Source of the DNA: Octopus vulgaris
Lineage: Eukaryota
Direction: 5' to 3'
Length of the DNA stretch: 64,000 bases
Assembly (NCBI GenBank): GCA_951406725.2
Contig: OX597842.1
Location: 17,546,001-17,610,000 of the forward strand
The notes beneath the pieces are model-generated. The model did not search any database, was not told the origin of the DNA, and saw nothing but the letters and a program-made list of their open reading frames with translations. Below, piece by piece: positions 27,021-40,372 of this stretch. Position numbers and translations under genes: made by a program. Within the stretch, counting starts at the first letter, position 1, and each line of letters starts with the position of its first letter.

Positions 27021-29730
27021 CTGAGGTCAAAATGCATCCAAGAGATTGACTTTATCAGATTTATCAGAATTTATCTCAGACATAAAGAAATTAAAACATA
27101 TTTCACAGTCACACACGTCTCTTGTTTCTTTTGAGGTTCAGTGTATAGCAACACAAACCAACTCTTCATAATCACACGCCAGAGAGCAGGGAAAACAGTT
27201 AGCACCGTTTCTCCGTAAATTTCCCGAAGAAGGATTCCTTTCCCCGAAATACTGAAATACTAGAGAAAAGTATAAACCACTGACTTGTATTATTAATATT
27301 TTGTTACAACTTGCATTGTTTTGGCTTAAAAGAAAAACTATTTAAAAGATTTATGTTTATGAGACAATGCTTCTTGAAAACCAGACCTGTGCGCGCATGC
27401 ACACACACATGCACACACACACACGCACACATGCATGCGCGCACGCTAACACAGATTTATACAATCAATTACACTGAATTCTAGAGGCGATGTTTTACTT
27501 ACAACCGGACGACGTTTTTTCAGAAATATCGTAGGTTTCATTATTTCCACTTTCTCTTTTGGCTTCTATCCTACCGGTGTTATACTCGATGGTAAAGTCC
27601 GGGTAATTGAAACTAATATATTACAATTGATAAATTGTTTTTCTTATATTTTTGTTATTTTCTATGTTTACTGGGTTTGTTAAATGTAATCCCACACAAA
27701 ATCGATTGTACCCTCATCGATCTTTTTGTCAAACCTTAAGGTTCATAACGAAAACATTATCATTATCATTATTATAAGGCGGCGAGTTGGCAGAGTCTTT
27801 AGCATGCCGGATAAAATGCTTAGCAGTATTTTTGTCCGTCTATATATCCTGAGTTCAAATTCCGTCGAGGTCAACTTTGCCTATCACCCTTTCGGGGGTC
27901 GTTGGAATAATTACCAGTTTGACACTGGTACCGATGCCATCGACTAACCCCCCCCCCCGCCCCAACAAACTGTCAGACGTTCTGCCTATAGTGGAAAGGA
28001 TTATTATTATGGAATTATAATGTTATACAACAATGAGACATAAAGTATATCTGTGAACTTTCCTCTTATAAATACACCGTGAATGTGTTCAAAAGAACAA
28101 TTATTAAATAATTGAAGAAGATGTTAGTTATGAGTAAGGAGATGAGATATACTTCGCATTGAAAGTCACGGTGTGTGGGACCCAAATGTCAGTCGGATCC
28201 ACAATGAGTTTTTCTTTCTGGAACCATGATGTAGAATTCGTCCCTGTTCCACGGAAAATGAATACTGTATCATCATATTTGGTTTTTCAACCGAAATTCC
28301 ACCTGCAAATAGAAAGTAAACTCAAACAAGTGACAAATCTCAGAGAATGAGGGATGGCAGAGTTGTAGGAAGAGAACGGAGACTAGGATGTGATATAAGG
28401 AGAGAGTAGGAGGGCGAGAATGAGATGGAGAGAATAGTGGGGGAAGAGTAAGACTTTGAGTGCAGGAGAAAAAGACTAAAGACGACAATGAGTTGTGGAA
28501 AGAGAATAAGAGGAGGAGAGAGATAGAATGTGAGAGAGACAGAGAGACAGACAGACAGAAGGAGGGAAAATGAGAAGACGAGATGCTATGTCGCGTTAGA
28601 AGTGCAAAATTAAGACAGAAATTGATTGGGTTTGAGAGGAAAACGTGGCTGACTTATGAGTCAGAGAATCAGACTACTAACTAATGAGTCATGATTTCGG
28701 AGTCTTTCTAAAAGTTTTGTTGCATCTACAGGAACTAGAAAACCCTGACAAAATCAGGGTAAAACAAAGACAAAACCAGCAAGAATCGATCCCACATCAA
28801 AGACATATCGATGTTCTGTGGAGGAATCAAGAGAGATATCAGGAACGGAAGTGAAGGAGTTGTGACATCACCTCAAGAAAGGGGCTTTCGATCTGCCTCT
28901 TCCTTGGTCAAGACTCTTAGGTGAAGCGGATGCCAGAGGGACAGTAGCTTCTGACCAAATGCTGGGGTAGTGTAGCTGTGTAGGTTTGTCTAACAAGTTC
29001 TTTTGACCCTTGTAGAGTGTAGCTTTTCTGAAGTTCGTCTCGAATTAAAAGCATTTTTACCGTCCCATCTACAAATTCGTGAATTTCATCCTTCCACCTC
29101 TTCCTTTTAAAATGCAAGACAAACGTTTTTCCTCGCTGACACAGAATCTTCTTATAATCTCTCTCCGTCTTTCTCTACCTATTTTCTACTCAACCCTATA
29201 CACCTACACTTATAACCACTCACCATTCTTATTTCGTTCTTAGCAGTTAAAGCCCCTTGTTATTCCACTTCAAAATATGTATTCCTCATCGATCCAACAT
29301 CTGTTGTGGTTCTATCGTTCTCCAAGCTCCCCCTTAAATCCCCTTTTCTAGTTATAACCATAAAGTGTATGAAAATAAGCCAGAGTATCGAAACTGGATC
29401 CTCTTTGTTACTAAAGGCAAACTGCAAGAACAAAATAGACGGTACGAAGGGCACTAAAGTCATACACCCTTATAATATCGACAGAAAAAAAGGGAAAAAT
29501 CAAATGCCCCAAAATATAGCGGACTGACCAAAATGGAGTTTGTTTATTAAATGAGGATAATTTTGAAATTTCATTACCTTTTCAATGGGCAATTTGTCCC
29601 AGTATAAATAAATAGGACTTCTTTTGAATGAGTTTGGGGTCATCTCAAATACTTTCTGCTTCTCTGTAACTGTATCAGTAAATAGATAGAAATCAATAAT
29701 TTACATGAAAATGTACAGACAAGATGTTAA

Positions 29731-30303
29731 CCCTTAAACGGCAAGAAAGTGTTGCATGAATATGTTTAACAAACAGGCAAAAAACGAAACAAGCTCTTTT
29801 TTTAAGAATAATTTTTATATTTATTTTCATCTTAATTAAGTACAAAAGCTATAATAATTGTTAGTCTCTCGTACAGTAAATTTGACGATCTCATTACTTT
29901 TGAGTGCCATAAAAGAGTCCCTTTTCTTTGCGTCCGGCATTATCATAAATTTATTTAAGATTCCCGCATAGTTGTCAAATAAATATACAAATGGACAAAA
30001 ATCGATGCACTTTATCGATCCATAGTTAGTCGGCCCATCACTTTCTTCCGTGTTATCTAGAATATCATCATCATCATCATCATGTACTTCATCTGATAAA
30101 GAAGGAAATTTCTTCATTCCAGTATAAATCTTTCGTTTGTGACCGGATTTCTGCCACCGATAAGGGCCGCTTACGCTTATTCATGAAATAATCGCCCAGG
30201 CATGAATTGATTTGCGGCGAATCTATGTAAAAGTCTTTTTAAACATTATGTTATCCACTTTTCTCTAACAAAACAGCAATTGATTACGTTCGCCGTTTAA
30301 AGG
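29731..30303. mobile_element. piggyBac-like non-autonomous element
   Basis: TTAA|CCCTTAAACGGC ... GCCGTTTAAAGG|TTAA (12-bp TIR, 1 mismatch, TTAA TSD); acidic transposase N-terminus remnant on the minus strand. Confidence 0.8.
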
Positions 30304-30502
30304 TTAAAGAATGCTGGCGCAACGCCTTTACTTGAAGAAATCGAACCACAGGATTTATTTTTTGTAAACCTAGTACTTGTTCAATCGGTGTGTTTTGCCC
30401 AGAAGCTAGGTTACAGGGATGTAAACACAGCAACATCGGTTGTCAAGCGACGATTGGGATACAAACACACACACACACACACACAAATATACACATATAT
30501 AC

Positions 30503-30589
<87 letters not shown>

Positions 30590-30656
30590 GACGGGCCTCT
30601 TTCAGTTTCCGTCTACGAAATCCACTGACAAGGATTTGGTGGGCCTGAGGCTATAG

Positions 30657-30687
<31 letters not shown>

Positions 30688-30853
30688 AAACAAGTAAAAA
30701 ATAGAAAATGCTAAAATAATTTTATAGCGAACATTTCAGTACCGGTTTCGGTCATTTTGAGACCTTTTCAACTGTAACGATTAAATAATTAAATTTAGAA
30801 AAATTAGAAGAAAAGTTTCATATATATCAACTCGTGTGTTCCTTTTCACCCTT

Positions 30854-30897
<44 letters not shown>

Positions 30898-30973
30898 TAC
30901 TTATTATATTATATATTTTTTTATAATTCATTTTATACTTTTTGAGATCTAGTTATAGGCTATATATTTTTAA

Positions 30974-31015
<42 letters not shown>

Positions 31016-31080
31016 TGTTATTTATATATTGGTTTATGTCTATCACTGTTTGAGTTGCATAATAGTGGTTTTATCTCTAA

Positions 31081-31167
<87 letters not shown>

Positions 31168-31168
<1 letters not shown>

Positions 31169-31470
31169 GAGGGGTGTATGAATAATTTTGAGCCTAACCT
31201 AGAAACAAGGCTGCTAGGTAGCTGATACGGCTTTTTTTCTGGTCAGTGCAGTCTTTTCGGAGTATTCTTGCTCATTTTCATGATTCTGATATTTTAAATT
31301 TTTTGTTGCAGATTTTTGAATAAACAAGCGTCGAGGTTACAAGAAAAATGGCGAAAACTGAGTATCGTGCTGTCATAAAGTACTTTCATTTGAAAGGCAT
31401 GACTCCATCAGAAATCCATAAAGATATGGTGAGAACCTTAACAGACAATGCTCCTTCATATGCAACAGTA
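31168..31470 (+). mobile_element. Mariner 5' fragment
   Basis: ta|cgaggggtg terminus; MAKTEYRAVIKYFHLKGMTPSEIHKDM HTH from 31348. Confidence 0.85.
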
Positions 31471-31995
31471 AACGTTCTAGTTGAGAGATTGTGTCTTTGC
31501 ACTGATAGAAAGGGAAGACTGTGAAATTTGGTTTGATGTTACCTGCACATTTTTCTATATGTTCACTGAGAGGAATTTGTATTGCGGGAAACGGATTTGC
31601 TCTTTCTGTAGAGTGGTTCTCTTTCTCAAGGTCATACTCGTTTGTCCAATATAGTGGTGTACGCAACTCGAGCAGGATATTACATAAATTAGGTTCTCAG
31701 AGGCACAAGTGAAACTAGTTTTAATTGTGAACCTCTATCCTTGTTTGAAAAGGAAATCCGAGCCTTCAAGCAGGTTGGGGCAGTTTCCACAATTTGAGCG
31801 TCCACATTTTTCAACATTTGGTTTCGTGGTTATTTTGTAATGCTTCGCATTTGTAATAGTCTCCTTGGTGATTTGTTTTTTGCATTTGATGAGTTTGCGT
31901 GTTTTCAGGATGTCGTTCCTTTTTTGATCTCTAGTTAGTAAAGAAAGAGTTTGCATATTAGTGTTGAATACCTCACTGTTTCTGGAGTTGTGTTG
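31471..31995 (-). mobile_element. Penelope-like linker/GIY-YIG remnant
   Basis: KCGRSNCGNCPNLLEG and PLSEHIEKCA; similar to 24706-25185. Confidence 0.8.
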
Positions 31996-32587
31996 ATATC
32001 AACACATCTGTACACCTTTGTAACTCACTCATATTTTATTCACTTACCCTGAAATCTGCACATCGGAAATTTTATAGAAAGTATTTTTGTATTTTTATAT
32101 AAAGTACATGTATACATGCATATGTAGATATATATATAAATACATATATATATACTTATATATATATACTCTTTTACTTGTTTCAGTCATTTGACTGCGG
32201 CCATGCTGGAGCACCGCCTTTTAGTCGAGCAAATCGACCCCGGGACTTATTCTTTGTAAGCCCAGTACTTATTCTATCGGTCACTTTTGCCGAACCGCTA
32301 AGTGACGGGGACGTAAACACACCAGCATCGGTTGTCAAGCAATGCTAGGGGGACAAACACAGACACACAAACACACACACACACATATATATATATACAT
32401 ATATACGACAGGCTTCTTTCAGTTCCCGTCTACCAAATCCACTCACAAGGCATTGGTCGGCCCGGGGCTATAGCAGAAGACACTTGCCCAAGATGCCACG
32501 CAGTGGGACTGAACCCGCAACCATGTGGTTTGTTAGCAAGCTACTTACCAGCAGCCACTCCTATGCCTACATACATACATACATACA

Positions 32588-32621
<34 letters not shown>

Positions 32622-32640
32622 CATACATACATATATATAT

Positions 32641-32966
32641 AAATGGATTATCAGCGTACACAAGAATCCTTTTCGGAGAAATCACTTCATCAAAATGCCT
32701 ATGTTCTCGGATTAAAACATATGAAAACACGGCGTGAGCTCAAGAATGTGCATTTTGGTGTATTTTAGAAAGCCAATGCCAATATTTTAGCTATTGTAAT
32801 GGCTCATGTCATATGCATCGATCACTTTACAATAAAGAAATTAGGGATTTGATTGCAACTGTTTATCATATATTTTGCTCTCTGGAAACGGTATGTGAAT
32901 CACAATTTTCTTATGTGCTTTTCTAATTTAAGTGTTATTAACACTATGTTTTATATATACACATAT

Positions 32967-33014
<48 letters not shown>

Positions 33015-33340
33015 ATATGTGTATATATAAAACATAGTGATAATGACACTTAAATTAGAAAAGCACATAAGAAAATTGTGATTCACATACCGTTTCCAGA
33101 GAGCAAAATATACGATAAACAGTTGCAATCAAATCCCTAATTTCTTTATTGTAAAGTGATCGATGCATATGACATGAGCCATTACAATAGCTAAAATATT
33201 GGCACTGGTTTTCTAAAATACACCAAAATGAACATTCTTGAGCTCACGCCGTGTTTTCATATGTTTTAATCCGAGAACATAGGCATTTTGATGAAGTGAT
33301 TTCTCCGAAAAGTACTCTTGTGTCCGCTGATACTCCATTT
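32641..33340. repeat. 700-bp near-perfect palindrome; the plus arm (32641-32890) is an inverted partial copy of the paralog B PAN exon
   Basis: 32641-32990 is the reverse complement of 32991-33340, with 10 substitutions by manual count and no indels. The centre is (AT)n. Confidence 0.95.
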
Positions 33341-33476
33341 CTCGGAGTTATGAAAAATACAAGAGTCAAAGCTGGCAGCAATACGAGAGTCAAACGAAAT
33401 TGGATTGGTGCTTCCATTCCTAAAAAATAAATAATTATACACACATATTTAAATACACGCCCCCTCATGTGTGTGC

Positions 33477-33521
<45 letters not shown>

Positions 33522-33524
<3 letters not shown>

Positions 33525-34218
33525 GAGGTCTAATCAATAAGTATCCGGATTGTTCAGAGAGGGATGAAGCTGAAGAATGCTGGGTAAAACTGCTTGGCAA
33601 AAAGTGGCCTTGGACTTAACGTTCTAGCTCATTTCTGCTGTTTACAGCAGTGCTTGGAAGGAAGGTGTGTAGCGTGTGATCGTTCCATTGACCACGAGAG
33701 AGAAAGTTGGTTATGCGTACATATTAAGACGTGTTTTGTATTTTTCACTGAAAAAGTTTCTTTATTCTAAATCGTTTAAATAAAGCAAATTTCTTCATTG
33801 AAAAATACAAAACACAACTAAATATGCACGCATAACCAACTTGTATCTTTTTACATATTTCAATTCACGATTACATCACGGTACATAACACCCCTTACTA
33901 AACAAGGTTTTTGAAACTTGTGTGTGTCTGTACAAGTATACATATTTCCCCTCCTATTACCGAAAGCTTAACAGTTATCTCCCATACTCACAACAATAAC
34001 AATAATAACGACAACCAATTACCTCCCTTTATATATCTACTTGTGAAGTCATTCACTCGTGAATTTCATTACTCACATCATGGACAAAATTTCTTCTTAA
34101 GAAAAAATAAAAATTCAAATAAGGAAAACATAATATCATGAATAGCGATAGCGAAACAGGTCGATATATTAAAAATTATATTAAAACTATGTAAGTGTGC
34201 GTATTTTCATTTTTTTTC

Positions 34219-34266
<48 letters not shown>

Positions 34267-34386
34267 ATACATATAACTGTCTTCTGTAGTAGTAGCTCCA
34301 AAGAAGTCAAATTACTTTATTACTCTTCTGTACCGATTATGTTCCCTGTACATTTATTTGTGTGTGTGTTTATGTTTGTATGTATG

Positions 34387-34437
<51 letters not shown>

Positions 34438-34543
34438 TATCAAAATCTTTAGCCGAACCGCTAGGCTACGGGGACATAAACACACCAGCATCGGTTGTCA
34501 AGCAGGCGATGTTGGGGGTACAGACACAGACGCATAAGCATAC

Positions 34544-34576
<33 letters not shown>

Positions 34577-35500
34577 TCTATATATATGTATATATATATA
34601 TATATATATATAATTATATATAATTATATATATATATATATATATATACGAGGTCTGATCAATAAGTATCCGGATCGTTCCGAGAGAAATGTAGCTGAAG
34701 CATGCTGGGTAAAACTGCTTGGCAAAAAGTGGTCTGGGACTCTGTTGTGCAAGAGCGCTAAGTTTTAAAGCTCTAGATCATTTCTGCTGTTTACAGCAGT
34801 GCTTGGAAGGAAAGTGTGTAGCGTGTGATCGTCGCATTGATCACGACAGAGAAAGTTTGTTATGCGTGCATATTAAGAGGTGTTTTGTATTTTTCACTGA
34901 AAAAGTTTCTTTATTCTAAATCGTTTAAATAAAGAAATTTTTTTCATTGAAAAATACAAAACACGTCTTAATATGCACGCTTAACCAACTTTTATCTTTT
35001 TACATATTTCAATTCACGATTACATCACTGTACATAAATCCCCTTACTAAACAAGGTTTTTGAAACTTGTGTGTGTCTGTACACGTATACATATTTCCCC
35101 TCCCATTACCGAAAGCTGAACAGTTATCTCCCTTACTCACAACAATAACAATAATAACGACAACCAATTACCTCCCTTTATATATCTACCTGTGAAGTCA
35201 TTCACTCATGAATATCATTACTCACATCATGCACAAAATTACTTCTTAAGAAAAAATAAAAATTCAAATAAGGAAAACATAATATCATGAATAGCGATAG
35301 CGAAACTGGTCGATATATTAAAAATTATATTAAAACTATGTAAGTGTGCGTATTTTCCTTTTTTAATTTCTTATATATATATATGTGTGTGTGTGTATGT
35401 GTGTGTGTGTATGTCTACGTATATCTGTCTTCTGTAGTAGTAGTAGCTCCAAAGAAGTCAAATTATTTTATTACTCTTCTGTACCGATTATGTTCCCTGA
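33522..35500. repeat. Tandem duplication (33522-34345 vs 34647-35500), each with a mariner terminus and a 140-bp hairpin
   Basis: Both start tacgaggtct.atcaataagtatccggat and are colinear. Confidence 0.9.
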
Positions 35501-35724
35501 TAGATACGTAGGTAGGTAGGTAGATATGTGCGCGCATGTGTCTGAGACGGGTTTCTTTCAGTTTTCGTCAATCATACATACATTCGCAAGGGTTTTGTCG
35601 GCTCACATTTAAACTAAATTGCTCCTACCGCTGGTTCCATGCAGTGGGTCAGAACCCGGAACTATGTGGTTGGAAAGCAAACCTCTTGCTGTACAGGAAC
35701 ACCTGCACCTAAAATCAGTGCCAA

Positions 35725-35792
35725 TCCTGTGACGGGAATGGAACCCGTGACGCCTGGATAACAGCCAGGAATCCTAACGTCTATATCCTTAA
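35725..35792 (-). pseudogene. Degenerate tRNA-Glu-like sequence
   Basis: ttaggattcctgg-ctgttat-ccagg-cgtc-acgggttccattcccgt keeps the anticodon and T stems; the acceptor stem and T-loop are broken. Confidence 0.4.
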
Positions 35793-37769
35793 AAATTACT
35801 CATTATCTGAAACATAACTATTTTTAAACTGGTAGAAAATCAGGATTTTTCTTAACAAAGATATAAGATTGATTCAATGTTACTTAAGCTTCATTTTCTC
35901 ATTTCGTTGAGAAGGAAAGTGAAAGTAGAATCGAGATTAGATAGTGACATTTTAATTCGAGAGAGGTTCATTGATTCTCTCATTCACAGCTCTTTGTCTA
36001 AAAATGATTTCTTTTATGGACGTAAGAAACATACGAGACACAGAGACGAAGTACAATATCCGCCAAATGGGATTCTAAAGAGAATGTAAAGGGACGTGAC
36101 TCAATACTAAAGATATTTTATCAGTCGATTCATGATTTCTACAAATCCATCCCCGTCCTTTCCGTTCTCTGTGGAAATGAGAAATAATAACTGTAAACCG
36201 AATGTAACGAAAGCGCAAGTCAGCTACAGTATTCTAGATTATAGAATTATAAAAACAATTTCAGTAATTATCCCTTTCTATTGATTCATATTATATACCT
36301 CTTGTATGAATAAAATACTTACTCTATCAGGTCTAGTCAGAAAACCAAACCGGCTAAAGAAAGACTTGAGTAAGTTTTGAATTTGGCAGGCAAAATCACT
36401 TGGAATTCATTGAAATATTCCAGGCACCAGACAAGAAAAATTTGCCCAGTGTTATTTATTTTAATATTCAACAGATCGCTAATCACTATCCTAAGAATTA
36501 TTACCCTATTTTCATATATATTTCTTTATTTTAAATCTGTCTATCTATATTAAATCCTAAATCACAGCAAAATTCGAAATCAGAACGTTAACTTTCAAGA
36601 CAGAGTAGAAAGGATAGTTGATCAGTCGATCCATGATTTCTACAAATCCATCTCCGTCCTGTCCATTCTCATTGGAAGTGGAAAATAAAAATGGTAAACC
36701 GAGTGTGATAAAAGCACAAGTCAGCTACAGTATTTTATATCATAGAATTATAAAAACAATTTCAGTAATTAACTCTCATTTCATTCTTAATATTATTAAT
36801 TCACTTACCTTTCAGATTCATGACTGTTTCAGGGTTGTTAAGTAAACTTCACTTTTAGTTGTAACACCGACCAACAAGACGTGTCTCACTGCAAACAATA
36901 AGCTTCTGCCTTTTAATGTTCCCTTTTCCTATTCTCGATAAACAAGCTTTCTTTTATTTATTTCTATTCTCTTCGTTCTGATAATTTAAGAATAAATTCA
37001 GGATATTTCACAGTTTATTTCTTTTTGCATTGGCTTCGAAAAGACAATGTCTTTAAAACAATCTCTCCCGAGTTCTTCCACTCTCATAAAAACTGATTAC
37101 CAACTTGAACTTTCTTTTCCTCTTACACAAGAAGTCGTCGCAAGGTAATTTCACTTTTCGTTAAATAAGTTCTTAAATTCCAGGTCTTATATTTGTTTCT
37201 CTTTCTCTCCCGAATGCTTTGCTCTTCAGAAGGTAGTAAATAAACAGCTTGAAAGAAGTCGACTGCGTTTGTATGCATGGTGAGCGAAACGATTATACTT
37301 TAACTTGGCAATATATCGATAGCTTTGAAGTTTTAATTATTACACTAGATAAAATACACTAAATGCCTCGAAAAACCTGTGGTCAACGAGTACAGGGAAA
37401 TAATCCAAATCCAAGTCAGTGAACGTAGTGAAGATGAAGATCTTATCTGGTCACCAGCCCCCAGATCTCAATATTATTGAACATTTATGGTGCATTATAG
37501 AAAAAACAAGTTAGGAGTCGATATCCTCCAGCATCATCTCTACAAGAACTGGAGACTGTTTTAGCTGAAGCCATTCCTGTCGAAATTCCTTTCGAAGCGA
37601 TTCAAACTTTGTACGCGTGTATACCTCGTAGAATTCAAGCTGTAATTACTGCCAAAGGTGGTCCTACCCCATATTAAACTATATTTGTTTTAAATTTTAA
37701 GGTGTTTCCATTATTTTTGTCCAACTCCTGTACACACATACATACATACATACATACATACACACACAC

Positions 37770-37802
<33 letters not shown>

Positions 37803-39335
37803 CACACACATACATACACACTTTCATACATACATGAATACATATACTCACATACATATATACACACATACATACACGAATACATACACTCACATACATA
37901 CATACACTCACATACATACATACACACATACATACATGAATATATACACACACATACATATATACACACATACATACATATATACACATACATATATACA
38001 CACATTCATGCATATATGAATACATACACACACATACATGAATACACACATACATACATGAATATATACACACACATACATATATACACATTCATACGTA
38101 CATGGAAGCATGCTGTGTTACAGTGCGTCGCTTCATCCCCCATTTCTAAGGGATTCCTTGGCGGACGATCCCTTTTTACAATTTAGGCGACAACCCTACA
38201 ACCCACGGCTCTGTTTTGGCAGTCGTTGGCAGTGAGGATTTTACGGGATCAAAGTGCAAATCCTAACTCGCCCCCTTTTGGTCGCTTTTTACGAAACCCA
38301 GACGAAACATTGGGTCTATTCATTGATATGCCAGTCCCCTCACACCCTGGGGCAACGTGAAATGCAGAACTTTGCTCAAGGATCACACACGCCATCCCGT
38401 CCAGGAATCGATCGCACGGTCAGCGAATCGTGAGTGCAAATCTTGACCCCTAAGCCACGCACATTCACTGATGAAAACAATTATAAACGTTGGGCTTATA
38501 TTTTAATATTCAATAAAACAATAATCATTTTCCCTGATTGTGAGTATCTTATCACTTCTGGATACTAATCGATACTAAGAACATAACTAGATTATACTCC
38601 ACGGAAAACATGACTACTTAAGAAGAAAGAAAGAAAATATACTTTCAACAAATAAATCACGGTTGACTACATATTGAATAGACTCAAGGATGATTATCGC
38701 AATCAACAGCCGGATATTATTAATCAATATTTTCCATATATTCTTTGAAAGTGATTATGCCTCAGCGTTGTAAAGATTTCACGAATATTTCTTGTTCGAA
38801 CTTGTTACTTTTCTTAAATTAATGAAGCTTTTTTCCTATCTTTAAAATTCATTTCATGGCCAACTTGAACTTTCTTTTCCTCTTACACAAGAAGTCGTCG
38901 CCAGGTAATTTCACTTTTCGTTAAATAAGTTCTTAAATTCCAGGTCTTATATTCGTTCGTCTTTCTCTCCAGAATGCTTTGCTCTTCAGAAGGTAAGTAA
39001 ATCATCAGTTTTACCCGTAGCTTGGTTAGGTTTTCAACAGCAACTGTTACTATCCATCGATCTTAGCAAATAAACCGCTTGAAACAAGTCGACTGCGTTT
39101 GTATGCATGATGAGCGAAACGATTATACTTTAACTTGGCAATATATCGATAGCATTAAATACACATATAGATAGATACATAAATATAAACATACATATAT
39201 ATATATATACATATATACATATATATACATACATACATAGATACAAACATACATACATATATATACATACATACATATATATATACATACATATACACAT
39301 ACATACATACATACATAACTACATACATACATACA

Positions 39336-39367
<32 letters not shown>

Positions 39368-39516
39368 CATACATACCTATATATACATACATACACACAG
39401 GCATATACATACATACATATATATATATACATACATATATACATATATATACATACAAAGATATATATATATACATACATACATACATATTTAAATATAC
39501 ATACATACATATATAT

Positions 39517-39571
<55 letters not shown>

Positions 39572-40372
39572 CATACATATACATACGTGGAGGCGCAATG
39601 GCCTAGTGGTTAGGGCAGCGGACTCGTGGTCGAAGGATCGCGGTTTCGATTCCCAGACCGGGCGTTGTGAGTGTTTATTGAGCGAAAACACCTAAAAGCT
39701 CCACGAGGCTCCGGCAGGGGGTGGTGATCCCTACTGTACTCTTTCACCAACTTCTGTTGGCCTGCTCGCTTAGCCAGCGGGGTGGCGTCATTCCAAGGCG
39801 AACGCATTGTGACCACCGATGGTCTGGTCGGTCACGTGATCACGTGATCACGTGACATATATATACATAAATACATATATATACATACATGTATAAACAT
39901 ACATACAGGCATATATACATACATGCACACACACATACACACACATACATGTATGCATACATACATAAATACATACATATATACATATATACATATATAC
40001 ATACATACATACACATACATATATACATGCATATACATACATACATATACATACATTCATACATGTATACATACATACATACATAAATACACATACATAC
40101 ATACACACACATACATACATACATACAAACATACATATATACATACACACAAACACACATACATACATAAAAATATACATACATACATACATACATACAT
40201 GCATATATATACATACATACATACATACATACATACATGTATATATACATACATACACATACATACATCCATACATATATACACACACATACATATACAC
40301 ATACATACATAAAAAATACATACATAGTTACAAAGATTCATAAATACACACATACATACATACATACACACA

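Larger units (their letters stand above)
27503..33417 (-). pseudogene. Paralog B of gene A, disabled (exons 33417-33091, 29669-29578, 28302-28153, 27606-27503)
   Basis: Colinear homologous exons. Lesions: in-frame TGA at 33244-33246, a 1-nt deletion (GAT TT GAT TGC), a +1 frameshift in exon 3 (LKNQI*), and the exon 4 acceptor changed from CAG to CAA. Confidence 0.85.

Noticed and set aside
28280-33135. -1 and +1 frameshifts in paralog B as compensating changes
   Set aside because: The shifted frame hits TGA early in exon 2 (TTG AGA TGA), and an upstream stop also exists.
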